NCBI GenBank assembly: GCA_036158635.1
Contig: JAYYFR010000029.1
Location: 13,802-77,801 of the forward strand
Direction of reading: 5' to 3'
Length of the DNA: 64,000 nucleotides
Source: Bacteroidota bacterium
GTDB lineage: Bacteria > Bacteroidota > Bacteroidia > Flavobacteriales > TMED113
The notes under the pieces are model-generated. The model made no database searches, was not told the DNA's origin, and saw only the letters and a list, made by a program, of their open reading frames with translations. The position numbers were made by a program, and so were the translations under genes. Numbering within the stretch: position 1 is the first letter of the stretch; every line of letters starts with the position of its first letter. This document shows, one piece after another, positions 1-9,225 of the stretch.

Positions 1-123
1 ACTAGATCCGCCCTGACCAACAATTAGAATAGAATTAAATTTATTCTTTGTTAATTTTATGGAATTAAAATTTGAAAAACTATTAATTAAATGGTCTGGA
101 AAAGATTTTATATTTTCTTCCAT
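1..123 (-). CDS. 5' fragment (41 codons) of a CDS that runs off the left edge; possibly a SIS-domain sugar-phosphate isomerase
   Basis: Own minus-strand translation from ATG at 121-123 gives MEENIKSFPDHLINSFSNFNSIKLTKNKFNSILIVGQGGSS. The ATG overlaps the htrA stop (TAATG). The ILIVGxGGS stretch resembles the start of SIS/PGI-PMI domains. The fragment is too short for certainty. Confidence 0.35.
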   Translation of the reverse strand, partial: MEENIKSFPDHLINSFSNFNSIKLTKNKFNSILIVGQGGSS

Positions 124-1319
124 TAGGATTTTTGCATGATTTCAGAAGCTTCTTCTAAACTCATTAGTTTAACTTTTAAAGTTTTAGATTTTCCTTTCCT
201 CAAGACTTCAACATTAATATAATCACCAGGATTTTTTTGTAATAACTTTTCTTGTAACTGAGGAATTGTATTTATAATTGATCCATCAATTTTTTGCATT
301 ACATCTCCTTCTTTAATTCCATTTTTTTCAGCTGTACTATTACTAGTATATCCACTGATGTAAATTCCTCGAATATCTTTATCTAAATCAAATTTCTTAC
401 AAAGATCAGGATTTAATTCCTGAATAAATACACCTAGTAAAGCTCTTTGAACTGCTCCATATTCTATTAAATCACTACAAACTTTATTTGCAATATTTGA
501 AGGAACTGCGAAAGAATAGCCCTCATATCCCCCACTTCTACTTGCAATAGCGGTATTAATCCCTATTAGGTTACCGAAAATATCAACTAGAGCACCTCCA
601 CTATTTCCTTGGTTTACTGCAGCATCCGTTTGTAAAAAAGATTCAACAGAAAACTTTTCACCTCTCAATATATTAATATTTCTAGCTTTAGCACTTATAA
701 TTCCAGAAGTAACTGTAGATTTTAAATCTAAAGGATTACCTACTGCCAGTACCCATTGTCCAACTTTGACTAAGTCTGAGTTTGAGAAATTTAAATAATT
801 TAAATTCTTTTCCTTAATTTTTAAAACTGCTATATCAGTTGAGGGGTCTTTACCAACCAGTTCAGCATCAAATAATCTAGAATCATTTAATGTTACTTCA
901 AACTTGTCAAATCCTTGAACAACGTGACTATTTGTTATAATATATCCATCTTCTGAGATTATAACACCAGAACCCATACCTGAGGAAGGTTTTCTAGGAG
1001 CATCAAAAAACCCCCAACCTCCTCCAAAAGGATCAAAATCAAAAGGGTTGAATTCTATTCGATTACTTTCATTTTTTGTTTTTTCTAGACTAGATTTTAT
1101 ATGAACAACTGCCTTAGTTGCTTTTTCAGAAGCAGAAGAAAAATCAAAATAATTATTCGTGTTTACAGGGCTAGAAAACTCTACTGGTGTATTTTGTTCC
1201 TTAATAATAATAGTTTCTGTTTTTTTTGGAGAAATAATTGTGATTAAAATAAAAATAACAGATAAAACTAGAGACGTTAAACCAACAGTAAAAAAGATTT
1301 GTGTTTTTTTCATATTCAT
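123..1319 (-). CDS. htrA: Periplasmic serine endoprotease, HtrA/DegP (S1C) family, with one C-terminal PDZ domain
   Basis: N-terminal TM/signal anchor. Catalytic triad contexts are TNSHVV (His), DIAVLKI (Asp) and GNSGGALVD (Ser). The PDZ-like tail is GIYISGY...GDVMQKIDG. Confidence 0.9.
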   Translation of the reverse strand: MNMKKTQIFFTVGLTSLVLSVIFILITIISPKKTETIIIKEQNTPVEFSSPVNTNNYFDFSSASEKATKAVVHIKSSLEKTKNESNRIEFNPFDFDPFGGGWGFFDAPRKPSSGMGSGVIISEDGYIITNSHVVQGFDKFEVTLNDSRLFDAELVGKDPSTDIAVLKIKEKNLNYLNFSNSDLVKVGQWVLAVGNPLDLKSTVTSGIISAKARNINILRGEKFSVESFLQTDAAVNQGNSGGALVDIFGNLIGINTAIASRSGGYEGYSFAVPSNIANKVCSDLIEYGAVQRALLGVFIQELNPDLCKKFDLDKDIRGIYISGYTSNSTAEKNGIKEGDVMQKIDGSIINTIPQLQEKLLQKNPGDYINVEVLRKGKSKTLKVKLMSLEEASEIMQKS

Positions 1320-1387
1320 TTGTAAATATTATTATTGTAATTTTTAACTAAAATTATAAAGAAATATTATAAAATTAAAAAGATTTT

Positions 1388-3700
1388 TTATCTTAATTTA
1401 AACTTTTTTACAGCAGTATTATCATTAAAAATTTCAATTTGAATTCCATCAATATCCTTAGTTAATTCTTTACCTAAAATATCAATAACTTTTATAAGTT
1501 TTTTTTGATTATTAGAAACGTCCAAAGTTGATGATATTAAATCATTATTATAATTAAATGATGGAGATTGAATAACAAAATCTCCAAATCCGTTAGGGAC
1601 ACGTGCAAAACCTTGGTCTGTTTGTTGCTCACCAAACACACAATTATCAATTAAATTTAGATTTTGATCAGATAAATATACTGATTCTCCAGAGGCAGAT
1701 AATTTAAATGTAGCATGATTATAATCTCCTTGATCTTCTTCATCATCATCCGCCCAAACAATGAAATATTGGTCGGGGTCTAAAGTAACATCTGGAAAAG
1801 TATATTTTGTTAAATTATTTAGATCATCAGATAGAAAATAACCTGACAAATTTATTGACTCATTTCCTTTATTATAAATCTCAATCCAATCATCAAATTC
1901 TCCAAATTCATCAACAGCAGTAAAATCATTAGAAGCCATAATCTCATTAATAACAATATCACTGAACAAATCTTGATTCATTTTTACTTGATATATATAT
2001 ACATCATGTTCAGCTCCTTCGGGATTATATTTCCTAACACCATTTTTATCAATTGTTTCTATGTAGAATCTAATATATTGACCAGGATCATGAGCAGGAA
2101 TATTGTAGAAATAATAATTCAAATTATTTTCCATTTGCACTTTTTCAAAATGACCTGTAAACCCAGAACCGTAATATAAATTTACTTGATCTACTAAATC
2201 TGGAGAATCTAAAATTACTGAAACTAAAGTTTCATCTAAAGAGCTTGGTTGAGAAAAATTAACACCATTAACAGAATAAATAACACTTTCAAATTCTACG
2301 GTTTCCTGATTAACCTCATCATTTGATAATAAATAAGATTTTCTTTCTTGAAAATATTCTTTTAATTCTTCTACTTCATTTAGAAAATCAACATAAGAAT
2401 ATATCTTTTGGGGATCATTATAAACACTTTGATTAATGAATTCAGCATAATAATCAATTAAATTATTAATATAATTTTCCTCAAAACATTGATTTAAAAT
2501 AGTTCTAAAATGAGCTAAGTACCTTTGTCTAAATTCTGGTATAGCTAACAATTTATTTAAAAGAGCAAAATCAGAGTTATTTTCATTATAAAATGGACTC
2601 CAATTAGTATTACCAAATACTGTATTTCCATCATATTCAATTGGTAATATCCTATCATTAAATTTATCGAAATAAACATAATAATCCATTCCTCCCTTGT
2701 TTATGTAACTGTCATCATCTGAAAATATAATTTCAACAGCTAAATGCCATAAAGCTGCATCTAAATCAAGACGTTCGTTAATATCATTGTACTGATCTTC
2801 ATAATTTTCAACATTTTCAATAGCTATACAAGCATTTACTAAATCTTGCCAAGGATCATTTTTGTATGACTTTTTTAAATTATAATGCTCTAAGTAGTAA
2901 GAAGTGTCGATTCCAAGAAAATTTAGAGAAGATGTACCTGCTCCAAAATTTGGCCCCCCTCCTCCAGGACCCCCTCCTCCAGGACCTCCACCTGTAAAAG
3001 AATCCCCACAACCAGGAGCCTCACTATTTGGGTTTTCAGCTCTCCATCTAGTACACTCATCATCAAAAAACCACTCCCCAGCATGTTTTTTATCTAATTG
3101 TTGAATGTTTGGATAAATACCCCAGTCCTCATCGTTAATCATTAATTTTATGAAGTTTACTTGAGCAGAAGGAATATAATTTCTAGATAATTTTGAAAAA
3201 ATAAATTCTCTTAAAAAACTAGGATCTTGGTAGCAATTATTTAAGTTTAATGTTTCATAACCGTTAATATTTTGATTTGTTTGCCAATCAAGCTCAATAT
3301 TAAATGACTTTTTATCTGTATCAACATTATTACCTCCAGGACCTCCTCCTCCAGGACCTCCTCCTCCAGGACCACCACCATTTTGAGAACCATTTGTATT
3401 TGCATATGAAGTCTGACCTTTAAATCTTACACCAACGTTTTCAAATGTTTCTCCGTCATAAATCAAAGTTGCTGGAATATTAATTTTATCACAATAATTA
3501 TTATGTAAAATGTCCCAGAAATTTGGTTGATCAAAATATAAATAAATAGTTTTTATTTCTGATTGATCATAAAAACCACCTAGATCCAATCCTCCTCTTA
3601 TTAATCTATTTCCATCCTCAGAAAAATAGTACTGACTCGGTAGGTTTTGAGAAAATAAAAAAAATGAGTAAAAAAATGATAAAAAAATAAAACTCTTCAT
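1388..3700 (-). CDS. Secreted CotH-family (atypical kinase fold) protein with a lamin-tail domain and a probable T9SS C-terminal sorting domain
   Basis: Signal peptide. CotH-like blocks are VRFKGQTS...KKSFNIELD...LNLNNCYQDPSFLREFIFSKL...INDEDWGIYPNIQQLDKKH. The LTD-like block is IVINEIMASN...DDWIEIYNKGNESINLSGYFLSDD. The tail LIKVIDILGKE...KKFKLR resembles a Por secretion tail. Two GGGPGGGGPGGGGP insertions are present. Confidence 0.8.
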   Translation of the reverse strand: MKSFIFLSFFYSFFLFSQNLPSQYYFSEDGNRLIRGGLDLGGFYDQSEIKTIYLYFDQPNFWDILHNNYCDKINIPATLIYDGETFENVGVRFKGQTSYANTNGSQNGGGPGGGGPGGGGPGGNNVDTDKKSFNIELDWQTNQNINGYETLNLNNCYQDPSFLREFIFSKLSRNYIPSAQVNFIKLMINDEDWGIYPNIQQLDKKHAGEWFFDDECTRWRAENPNSEAPGCGDSFTGGGPGGGGPGGGGPNFGAGTSSLNFLGIDTSYYLEHYNLKKSYKNDPWQDLVNACIAIENVENYEDQYNDINERLDLDAALWHLAVEIIFSDDDSYINKGGMDYYVYFDKFNDRILPIEYDGNTVFGNTNWSPFYNENNSDFALLNKLLAIPEFRQRYLAHFRTILNQCFEENYINNLIDYYAEFINQSVYNDPQKIYSYVDFLNEVEELKEYFQERKSYLLSNDEVNQETVEFESVIYSVNGVNFSQPSSLDETLVSVILDSPDLVDQVNLYYGSGFTGHFEKVQMENNLNYYFYNIPAHDPGQYIRFYIETIDKNGVRKYNPEGAEHDVYIYQVKMNQDLFSDIVINEIMASNDFTAVDEFGEFDDWIEIYNKGNESINLSGYFLSDDLNNLTKYTFPDVTLDPDQYFIVWADDDEEDQGDYNHATFKLSASGESVYLSDQNLNLIDNCVFGEQQTDQGFARVPNGFGDFVIQSPSFNYNNDLISSTLDVSNNQKKLIKVIDILGKELTKDIDGIQIEIFNDNTAVKKFKLR
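2951..2992 (-). repeat. GC-rich 15-nt tandem coding repeat (GGTCCTGGAGGAGGN) encoding GGGPGGGGPGGGGP, copy B
   Basis: The plus strand reads tggcccccctcctccaggaccccctcctccaggacctccacc. The motif aggacc recurs with period 15 at 2966 and 2981. This is a GC island in an otherwise AT-rich gene. Confidence 0.9.
3332..3379 (-). repeat. GC-rich 15-nt tandem coding repeat (GGTCCTGGAGGAGGA) encoding GGGPGGGGPGGGGPGG, copy A
   Basis: The plus strand reads acctccaggacctcctcctccaggacctcctcctccaggaccaccacc. The motif aggacc recurs at 3338, 3353 and 3368. The repeat is near-identical to copy B, which lies 387 nt (129 codons) away in the same gene. Confidence 0.9.
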
Positions 3701-3718
3701 AATAAGCTAACTAATGTA

Positions 3719-4468
3719 TTATCTTCTGGAGTTTAATTTTGCTAATAATCTCAAAATTTCTAAGTATAACCAAACTAATGTAACTAATAAACCAAATGCA
3801 CCATACCATTCCATATATTTTGGAGCTCCTTTTTCAGCCCCTTCTTCAATAAAGTCAAAATCCAAAACTAGGTTCAATGCAGCAATTACCACTACGAACA
3901 AACTAAAACCAATACTTATAAGAGAAGCATTGGAAGGATCCATAATTGGCATCGAAGCGCCAAATAAAGACATGATAAAAGAAGCTATATAGACTAAAAA
4001 AATTCCACCAGTAGCAGCAAAAATTCCTAATTTAAAGTTTTCAGTGGGTTTAATAATTCTAGTCTTGTAAGCAAAGAGTAGAGATGCAAAAATACTAACA
4101 GTTAATAAAATAGCTTGAGAAACTATTCCAGGATAAAAAGCTTCTTTATAAATATAGGAAATGCCCCCCAAAGCTAATCCTTCTAAAATTGCATAAATCG
4201 GAACAGTAATTGGTGCCCATTCTTTTTTAAAAATTGTAATCATAGCTACAATAAAACCACCTATAAAACCTGGCCAAATTAACCAACTGTAATCAGGAGA
4301 AAATGTAAAAGAACCTGCCGCAACCAATAAAAATAAACTAAAAGCAGTTTTATTAACTGTTCCTTGTAGCGTCATTACTTCTCCTTGGGAAGTAATAGAT
4401 TTATTAAATACTTCAGATGTCAAAGCAGGATTACCAGACCTGCCTAAAGATGTTGAAAGTTTACTCAT
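3719..4468 (-). CDS. Bax inhibitor-1/YccA family integral membrane protein
   Basis: About 7 predicted TM helices, typical size, N-terminal SGNPAL motif and a charged C-terminal tail, as is typical of BI-1/YccA proteins. Confidence 0.75.
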   Translation of the reverse strand: MSKLSTSLGRSGNPALTSEVFNKSITSQGEVMTLQGTVNKTAFSLFLLVAAGSFTFSPDYSWLIWPGFIGGFIVAMITIFKKEWAPITVPIYAILEGLALGGISYIYKEAFYPGIVSQAILLTVSIFASLLFAYKTRIIKPTENFKLGIFAATGGIFLVYIASFIMSLFGASMPIMDPSNASLISIGFSLFVVVIAALNLVLDFDFIEEGAEKGAPKYMEWYGAFGLLVTLVWLYLEILRLLAKLNSRR

Positions 4469-4502
4469 GTCAAAAAAAAATTTAGTTAAACAAATGTACG
4501 AT

Positions 4503-5660
4503 TTAAGAAACTTTTATACAAGATGCTACTTGTTTTGCTTTTTTGACTAAAAAATCTACAGATTCAGGACCATAAGATAAAGCAACTCCCATTCTCCTAA
4601 ATGGTCTACTACTTGGTTTTCCAAATATTTTATAGTCAGTATTTTTAAAACAAGCTGCTTTTTTAAAACCACTAAATAAAGGATCTTTACTGTTTTTTTC
4701 TGCCAAAATAACAGCACTTGCTCCATTTTTTAATAAAGGAATTTCTAAAACTGGTATTCCTAAAATAGCTCTAGCATGTAACTCAAATTCTGAAAAATTT
4801 TGAGTATTAGCTAGAGTAACCATACCTGTATCGTGAGGTCTTGGAGATAATTCAGAAAAAATAGGACCATTTTTAGATATAAAAAACTCAACACCCCAAA
4901 TTCCTGATCCCTCTAAAGATTTTGTAATTTTAGCAGCTATTTTTTGAGCAGAATTTAAATGTTTTTCATTCATATCCATTGGCTGCCAACTTTCTTGGTA
5001 ATCCCCCCTTTCTTGTCGATGACCAATTGGTGGACAAAATAATGTATTACCATTTTGTTGAGTCAGAGTTAATAATGTTATTTCATAATCAAAGTTAACA
5101 AACTCTTCTACTATAACTTCTACTAGATCTCCTCTTGAACCATCGATTGCATAATTCCAAGAATCTTCAATTTCTTCATATTTTTTAATTGTAGATTGGC
5201 CTTTACCAGAACTAGACATTAATGGCTTAACTACACATGGAAAGCCACAATAATCAACTGCACATCTTAACTCATCAAGAGATTTAGCATATTTATACTT
5301 TGCAGTTTTTATATTTAATTCATTTGCAGCTAAATCCCTTATTGATTTTCTATTCATTGTATAATTTGCAGCTTTTGCTGAAGGAACCACTTGTATTCCA
5401 TTATTTTCATACTCATACAACCTTTCAGTTCTTATTGACTCAACTTCTGGTACAATTATATCTGGATTATGTTTTTTTACTATTTTATCTAATTCTTCTC
5501 CATCAAGCATATTAATCACCTCAAATTCATTTGAAACTTGCATTGCAGGTGCATTAAAATAATTATCTACAGCAATTACATGCTGGCCCAATCTCTGACA
5601 AGCAATTACAAATTCTTTACCCAATTCACCAGACCCTAAAAGCAATATTTTTTTTTTCAT
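4503..5660 (-). CDS. purT: Formate-dependent phosphoribosylglycinamide formyltransferase (GAR transformylase 2)
   Basis: The N-terminus [25 protein letters not shown], the ATP-grasp core and the length (385 aa) match PurT. Confidence 0.9.
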   Translation of the reverse strand: MKKKILLLGSGELGKEFVIACQRLGQHVIAVDNYFNAPAMQVSNEFEVINMLDGEELDKIVKKHNPDIIVPEVESIRTERLYEYENNGIQVVPSAKAANYTMNRKSIRDLAANELNIKTAKYKYAKSLDELRCAVDYCGFPCVVKPLMSSSGKGQSTIKKYEEIEDSWNYAIDGSRGDLVEVIVEEFVNFDYEITLLTLTQQNGNTLFCPPIGHRQERGDYQESWQPMDMNEKHLNSAQKIAAKITKSLEGSGIWGVEFFISKNGPIFSELSPRPHDTGMVTLANTQNFSEFELHARAILGIPVLEIPLLKNGASAVILAEKNSKDPLFSGFKKAACFKNTDYKIFGKPSSRPFRRMGVALSYGPESVDFLVKKAKQVASCIKVS

Positions 5661-5770
5661 TTTATTAATATTTAAAAACTAATAAGATTTTTAAAATAAT
5701 GTTTTACGTCTTAGAAATTATTTTATATTAACAATTATATTATTTATTAAAAAAATAAAACATTATTAAA

Positions 5771-7378
5771 GTGAAATTAAACAAAATTATTCCAATTCTA
5801 ATCCTACCAATATTTATTTTTAGCCAAGAAAAAAATAAATCATTTGAAGAAAAAATAAATTATTATAAATCAAAATTTGAAATTAACTGTGTAACTGAAA
5901 AAGCAACTGATAACAAAGGAAATGGTTTAGAAATTTTATACGGAACCAGAAATTTTAGATCAATTCTTCACGGAATAGCTTATAGAGGAGGTGGGAATAA
6001 TTATTATCACAAAAAAAATAAAAGAGGAAATAAAAACCCATTACCTCAAGACGGGCTTGAGAACTTGTTAGAACAAGATTTCTCTAATATTGTTTATTTA
6101 TACAAAACAAATTGGAATACTGCTCCTCGATTTGTAGAAAAGGGTAACAAAAGACTAGATTATTATCAGTTAAGCGGTAATGACAAAGAATCAAGAGACT
6201 CAATACTTTTAATGGTTTATGAAGCAATAAATAATAATGAGTTAGGACCTATATATTTACATTGTTGGAACGGTTGGCATCAATCGGGATACATTTCAGC
6301 TGTATTATTGAAACAGTTTTGTGGATTTTCGACTCTTCAAAGTTTACATTATTGGGAAGACTGTGCAGATAGTTGGTCGAAAGGGTATGACAGAATAAAA
6401 GATGCAATTATCAATTTTGAACCAATTGAAAAATATAAAATTGAAAAAAGTAAAGCTGATTTAATTTGCCCATGTTACGAAGATCTCAGAAAAGATGACA
6501 CAATTAAATATGTAAGTCAATCCATGGAAGTATTAGATCTCAACCTTCCTTTTCCAAGTGGGGGTTTTGATTTAGAGCCATCAGTATCTACATTTTTAGA
6601 TGAATATGGAAATATGTTAAAGAAAAGGCCTGAAGTAACTATAGAAATTCAAGGTCACTCAGATCATATTGGAGATGAAAATAAAAATAAAATTCTTTCA
6701 GAAAAAAGAGCAAAAAAAGTTCATGATTATTTAATAAAAATTGGTGTAGACTCAACAAAAATTAATTACTATGGCTATGGAGAAACACAACCTATTATTT
6801 ATTGTGATGATAAAAAAAATAAATGTTCAAAGGATGAAATTTCAAAAAATAGACGTGTAACATTTAGAATAAAATCAATAGAGTGTAAAATAAATTTCGA
6901 AAAAGAAAAAGACAATATTCCAAATAAAGATAAAGAATGGTTAAATGAAATATTTGACTTTTTATCATCTGACAAAAATATAAAAATTGAAATTCAGGGT
7001 CATGCAGATGGAGGAACAGGTAGTGATTTTGTAAATCAAGAAATATCTGAAAACCGAGCTAGAAAAGTATATGAATATTTAAAAAATAAGGGTTTTAATA
7101 TTAAAAATGTTTCTTGGAAAGGTTATGGTTCAAAAAAACAAAAATATTATGACACTAGAGACAGAAGAATTGAATTAAATATTACTTATCCAAAAAAAAA
7201 TATTAATCAAACAAAAAGATATCACACAATTAAAAAAGGAGATTCATTAAGCAAAATTGCATTAAAATATTATAATGACTACAATAAAATTTCTAAACTA
7301 ATTAAACTCAATAAAAAAACTTTAAAAAATGGTGAGAGAAGTATTTTGATAGTTGGGGGAAAACTTAGGATAAGATGA
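5771..7378 (+). CDS. Secreted multidomain protein: PTP-like domain with degenerate P-loop, two OmpA-like peptidoglycan-binding domains, and C-terminal LysM
   Basis: GTG start and signal peptide. NFRSILHGIAYRG and LHCWNGWHQSGYISAVLL (HCX5Q at nt 6260) resemble a tyrosine-phosphatase fold. OmpA_C blocks are IEIQGHSDHIGDENKNKILSEKRAKKV...NRRVTFRI and IEIQGHADG...ENRARKV...DRRIELNI. The LysM block is YHTIKKGDSLSKIALKYY. Confidence 0.8.
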   Translation: MKLNKIIPILILPIFIFSQEKNKSFEEKINYYKSKFEINCVTEKATDNKGNGLEILYGTRNFRSILHGIAYRGGGNNYYHKKNKRGNKNPLPQDGLENLLEQDFSNIVYLYKTNWNTAPRFVEKGNKRLDYYQLSGNDKESRDSILLMVYEAINNNELGPIYLHCWNGWHQSGYISAVLLKQFCGFSTLQSLHYWEDCADSWSKGYDRIKDAIINFEPIEKYKIEKSKADLICPCYEDLRKDDTIKYVSQSMEVLDLNLPFPSGGFDLEPSVSTFLDEYGNMLKKRPEVTIEIQGHSDHIGDENKNKILSEKRAKKVHDYLIKIGVDSTKINYYGYGETQPIIYCDDKKNKCSKDEISKNRRVTFRIKSIECKINFEKEKDNIPNKDKEWLNEIFDFLSSDKNIKIEIQGHADGGTGSDFVNQEISENRARKVYEYLKNKGFNIKNVSWKGYGSKKQKYYDTRDRRIELNITYPKKNINQTKRYHTIKKGDSLSKIALKYYNDYNKISKLIKLNKKTLKNGERSILIVGGKLRIR

Positions 7379-9210
7379 TAAAAATATTTTCTTTATTATT
7401 AATTAATATTTCATTTATCTTTTCTCAAGTAGTTGATTCTTCACTCATTTATAAAGAAATTGATTCTCTAACTTTTAAAAAAGAAGTTTTTTATGACTCT
7501 TTACAATTTAGTGAATGTTTTAAAATATCACATAATCCGTTAATTTATGACTCAATCATTAATTTAAAAGCAAGTATATGCGAAGGAACTTTACTTTATT
7601 TAAAAAATAGTTTAAATGAAAAAAGAAAAAAGGAATTTCCAGATTCAATGAAAATTGAAAAAACAACATCTCTATGTTTTTTTCAAAAAACAAATGATTC
7701 AATTAAAGAATTAGGTTGTCACACATTCATAATTGATTTTAAAACAAATTTCCATGTTGTATCACTCATTATTAATAATAGTGATTTTTTAGGAGAAAGT
7801 CGCGGTATATATGCTAAAGGACACAATGCATATTGGGATACAATTGAGAAAAGACATATGAATGCCAACTTTTCAAAAAAATGGGAAAGAAAATTAAATG
7901 TTGAGATATTTAATAGCAAAAATATTCAAATCTTAAATCAGAATTCTGGAGTCAGAATATTTGGGGGGATGACAAAATATGGGAAAGAAAAATCTTTAAG
8001 ATTAATTGCAAGAGAACAATACGGAAAAAAAAGATTCAATGCAGATTTATTCGGTGTTGGAGAAAAAAAATATAAGCAATTTGTTCTTAGGCACTCAGGA
8101 AATGATCATAATAATACGAGATTTAAGGATAGTTTTTTAACTTCAATTATCTCTGAAGAAGGTACTGATGTTCAAAAATCAACTCCTGCCCATCTATTCA
8201 TCAACGCAGAATACTGGGGGGTGTATAACATAAGAGAAAAAATCAACGATCATTACATAATAAACAATTATAATATAAAATCTGACAGTCTTACAATTTT
8301 ACAGGGATTAAAAACAGTTGAATTTGGTAGTAATAAAAGCTATGTCAAATTAAGAAACTATATCAAAAAAAATAATTTAAAAGATAGTATTCATTATCAT
8401 AATGTACAAAAAGAAATGGATACAAGAAATTATATCAATTGGTGGATATTTCAACTTTTTATAGCAAATAATGACGCAAGGGGAAATATTAGATTTTGGA
8501 AATCAGGCTTGTTAGACAATAAGTTTAGATGGATTGTTTATGATACAGACCTAGGTTTTGACTTGGGGGATCATAGAAATAACATGATTAAAAATTTTAC
8601 CTCCCCTTATATGACACATTGGTACAATCCCCAGTGGGCAACCTTTCTCTTAAGAAATTTATTAAAAAATAAAGATTTTGAGACTGATTTTATCAATCAA
8701 TTTTTTTGGTTAAAATCAAGTAAATTAAATACAGAATACTTGACTAATAGAATTGATTGGTTTGAAAATATTTATGATGATGAAATGAAAATTCATTTTA
8801 CAAGATCACCAAATAAATCAATGAGTGACAGATGGTATCATTTAGAAGGAATTGGCAGAAATTATGATTATTGGAAAAAGGAAGTAAATAAATTAAAATT
8901 ATTTGCAATTAAAAGACCTGCTTATTTCCTTAAACATTTAAAACAAAAATTTAAAATTGAAACATATTTATTGAATCTAAATATTGTTGGAAAAGAACAT
9001 GGAACTGTACTCATAAATAAAAATACACTAGAAAAAAGTAATCTCACTACACTGTTTTCAAAAAACCATAAACTTCCAATTAATGTAATACCAAACGAAG
9101 GTTATCAAACAAATTTTAACCAAAAGTTTATTCAAACAAAGAAAGATACTTTAGATATTAATATAACTTTTGAAAAAATACCAAAAAAATATTGGTGGAG
9201 AGAAGACTAA
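7375..9210 (+). CDS. Secreted CotH-family (atypical kinase fold) protein
   Basis: The start overlaps the upstream stop (ATGA). Signal peptide. CotH-like blocks are FGGMTKYGKEKSLRLIAREQYGKKRF...FVLRHSGNDHNNTRFKDSFLTSI...AHLFINAEYWGVYNIREKINDHYI...NNDARGNIRFW. Confidence 0.8.
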   Translation: MIKIFSLLLINISFIFSQVVDSSLIYKEIDSLTFKKEVFYDSLQFSECFKISHNPLIYDSIINLKASICEGTLLYLKNSLNEKRKKEFPDSMKIEKTTSLCFFQKTNDSIKELGCHTFIIDFKTNFHVVSLIINNSDFLGESRGIYAKGHNAYWDTIEKRHMNANFSKKWERKLNVEIFNSKNIQILNQNSGVRIFGGMTKYGKEKSLRLIAREQYGKKRFNADLFGVGEKKYKQFVLRHSGNDHNNTRFKDSFLTSIISEEGTDVQKSTPAHLFINAEYWGVYNIREKINDHYIINNYNIKSDSLTILQGLKTVEFGSNKSYVKLRNYIKKNNLKDSIHYHNVQKEMDTRNYINWWIFQLFIANNDARGNIRFWKSGLLDNKFRWIVYDTDLGFDLGDHRNNMIKNFTSPYMTHWYNPQWATFLLRNLLKNKDFETDFINQFFWLKSSKLNTEYLTNRIDWFENIYDDEMKIHFTRSPNKSMSDRWYHLEGIGRNYDYWKKEVNKLKLFAIKRPAYFLKHLKQKFKIETYLLNLNIVGKEHGTVLINKNTLEKSNLTTLFSKNHKLPINVIPNEGYQTNFNQKFIQTKKDTLDINITFEKIPKKYWWRED

Positions 9211-9225
9211 AAAATATCGTAATAT

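Noticed and set aside
2904-3104. 66-aa plus-strand ORF encoding PPPPGPPPPGPPP
   Set aside because: It is the antisense mirror of the GGGGP repeat inside the well-supported minus-strand CotH gene. It has no independent start context and is fully nested.
2951-3379. Reading the Gly/Pro repeats as a collagen-like triple-helix segment (and hence as a LOX substrate)
   Set aside because: The period is 5 (GGGGP), not the G-X-Y triplet required for collagen helices, and there are no lysines in or next to the repeats. A link to the LOX-like enzyme would be pure speculation.
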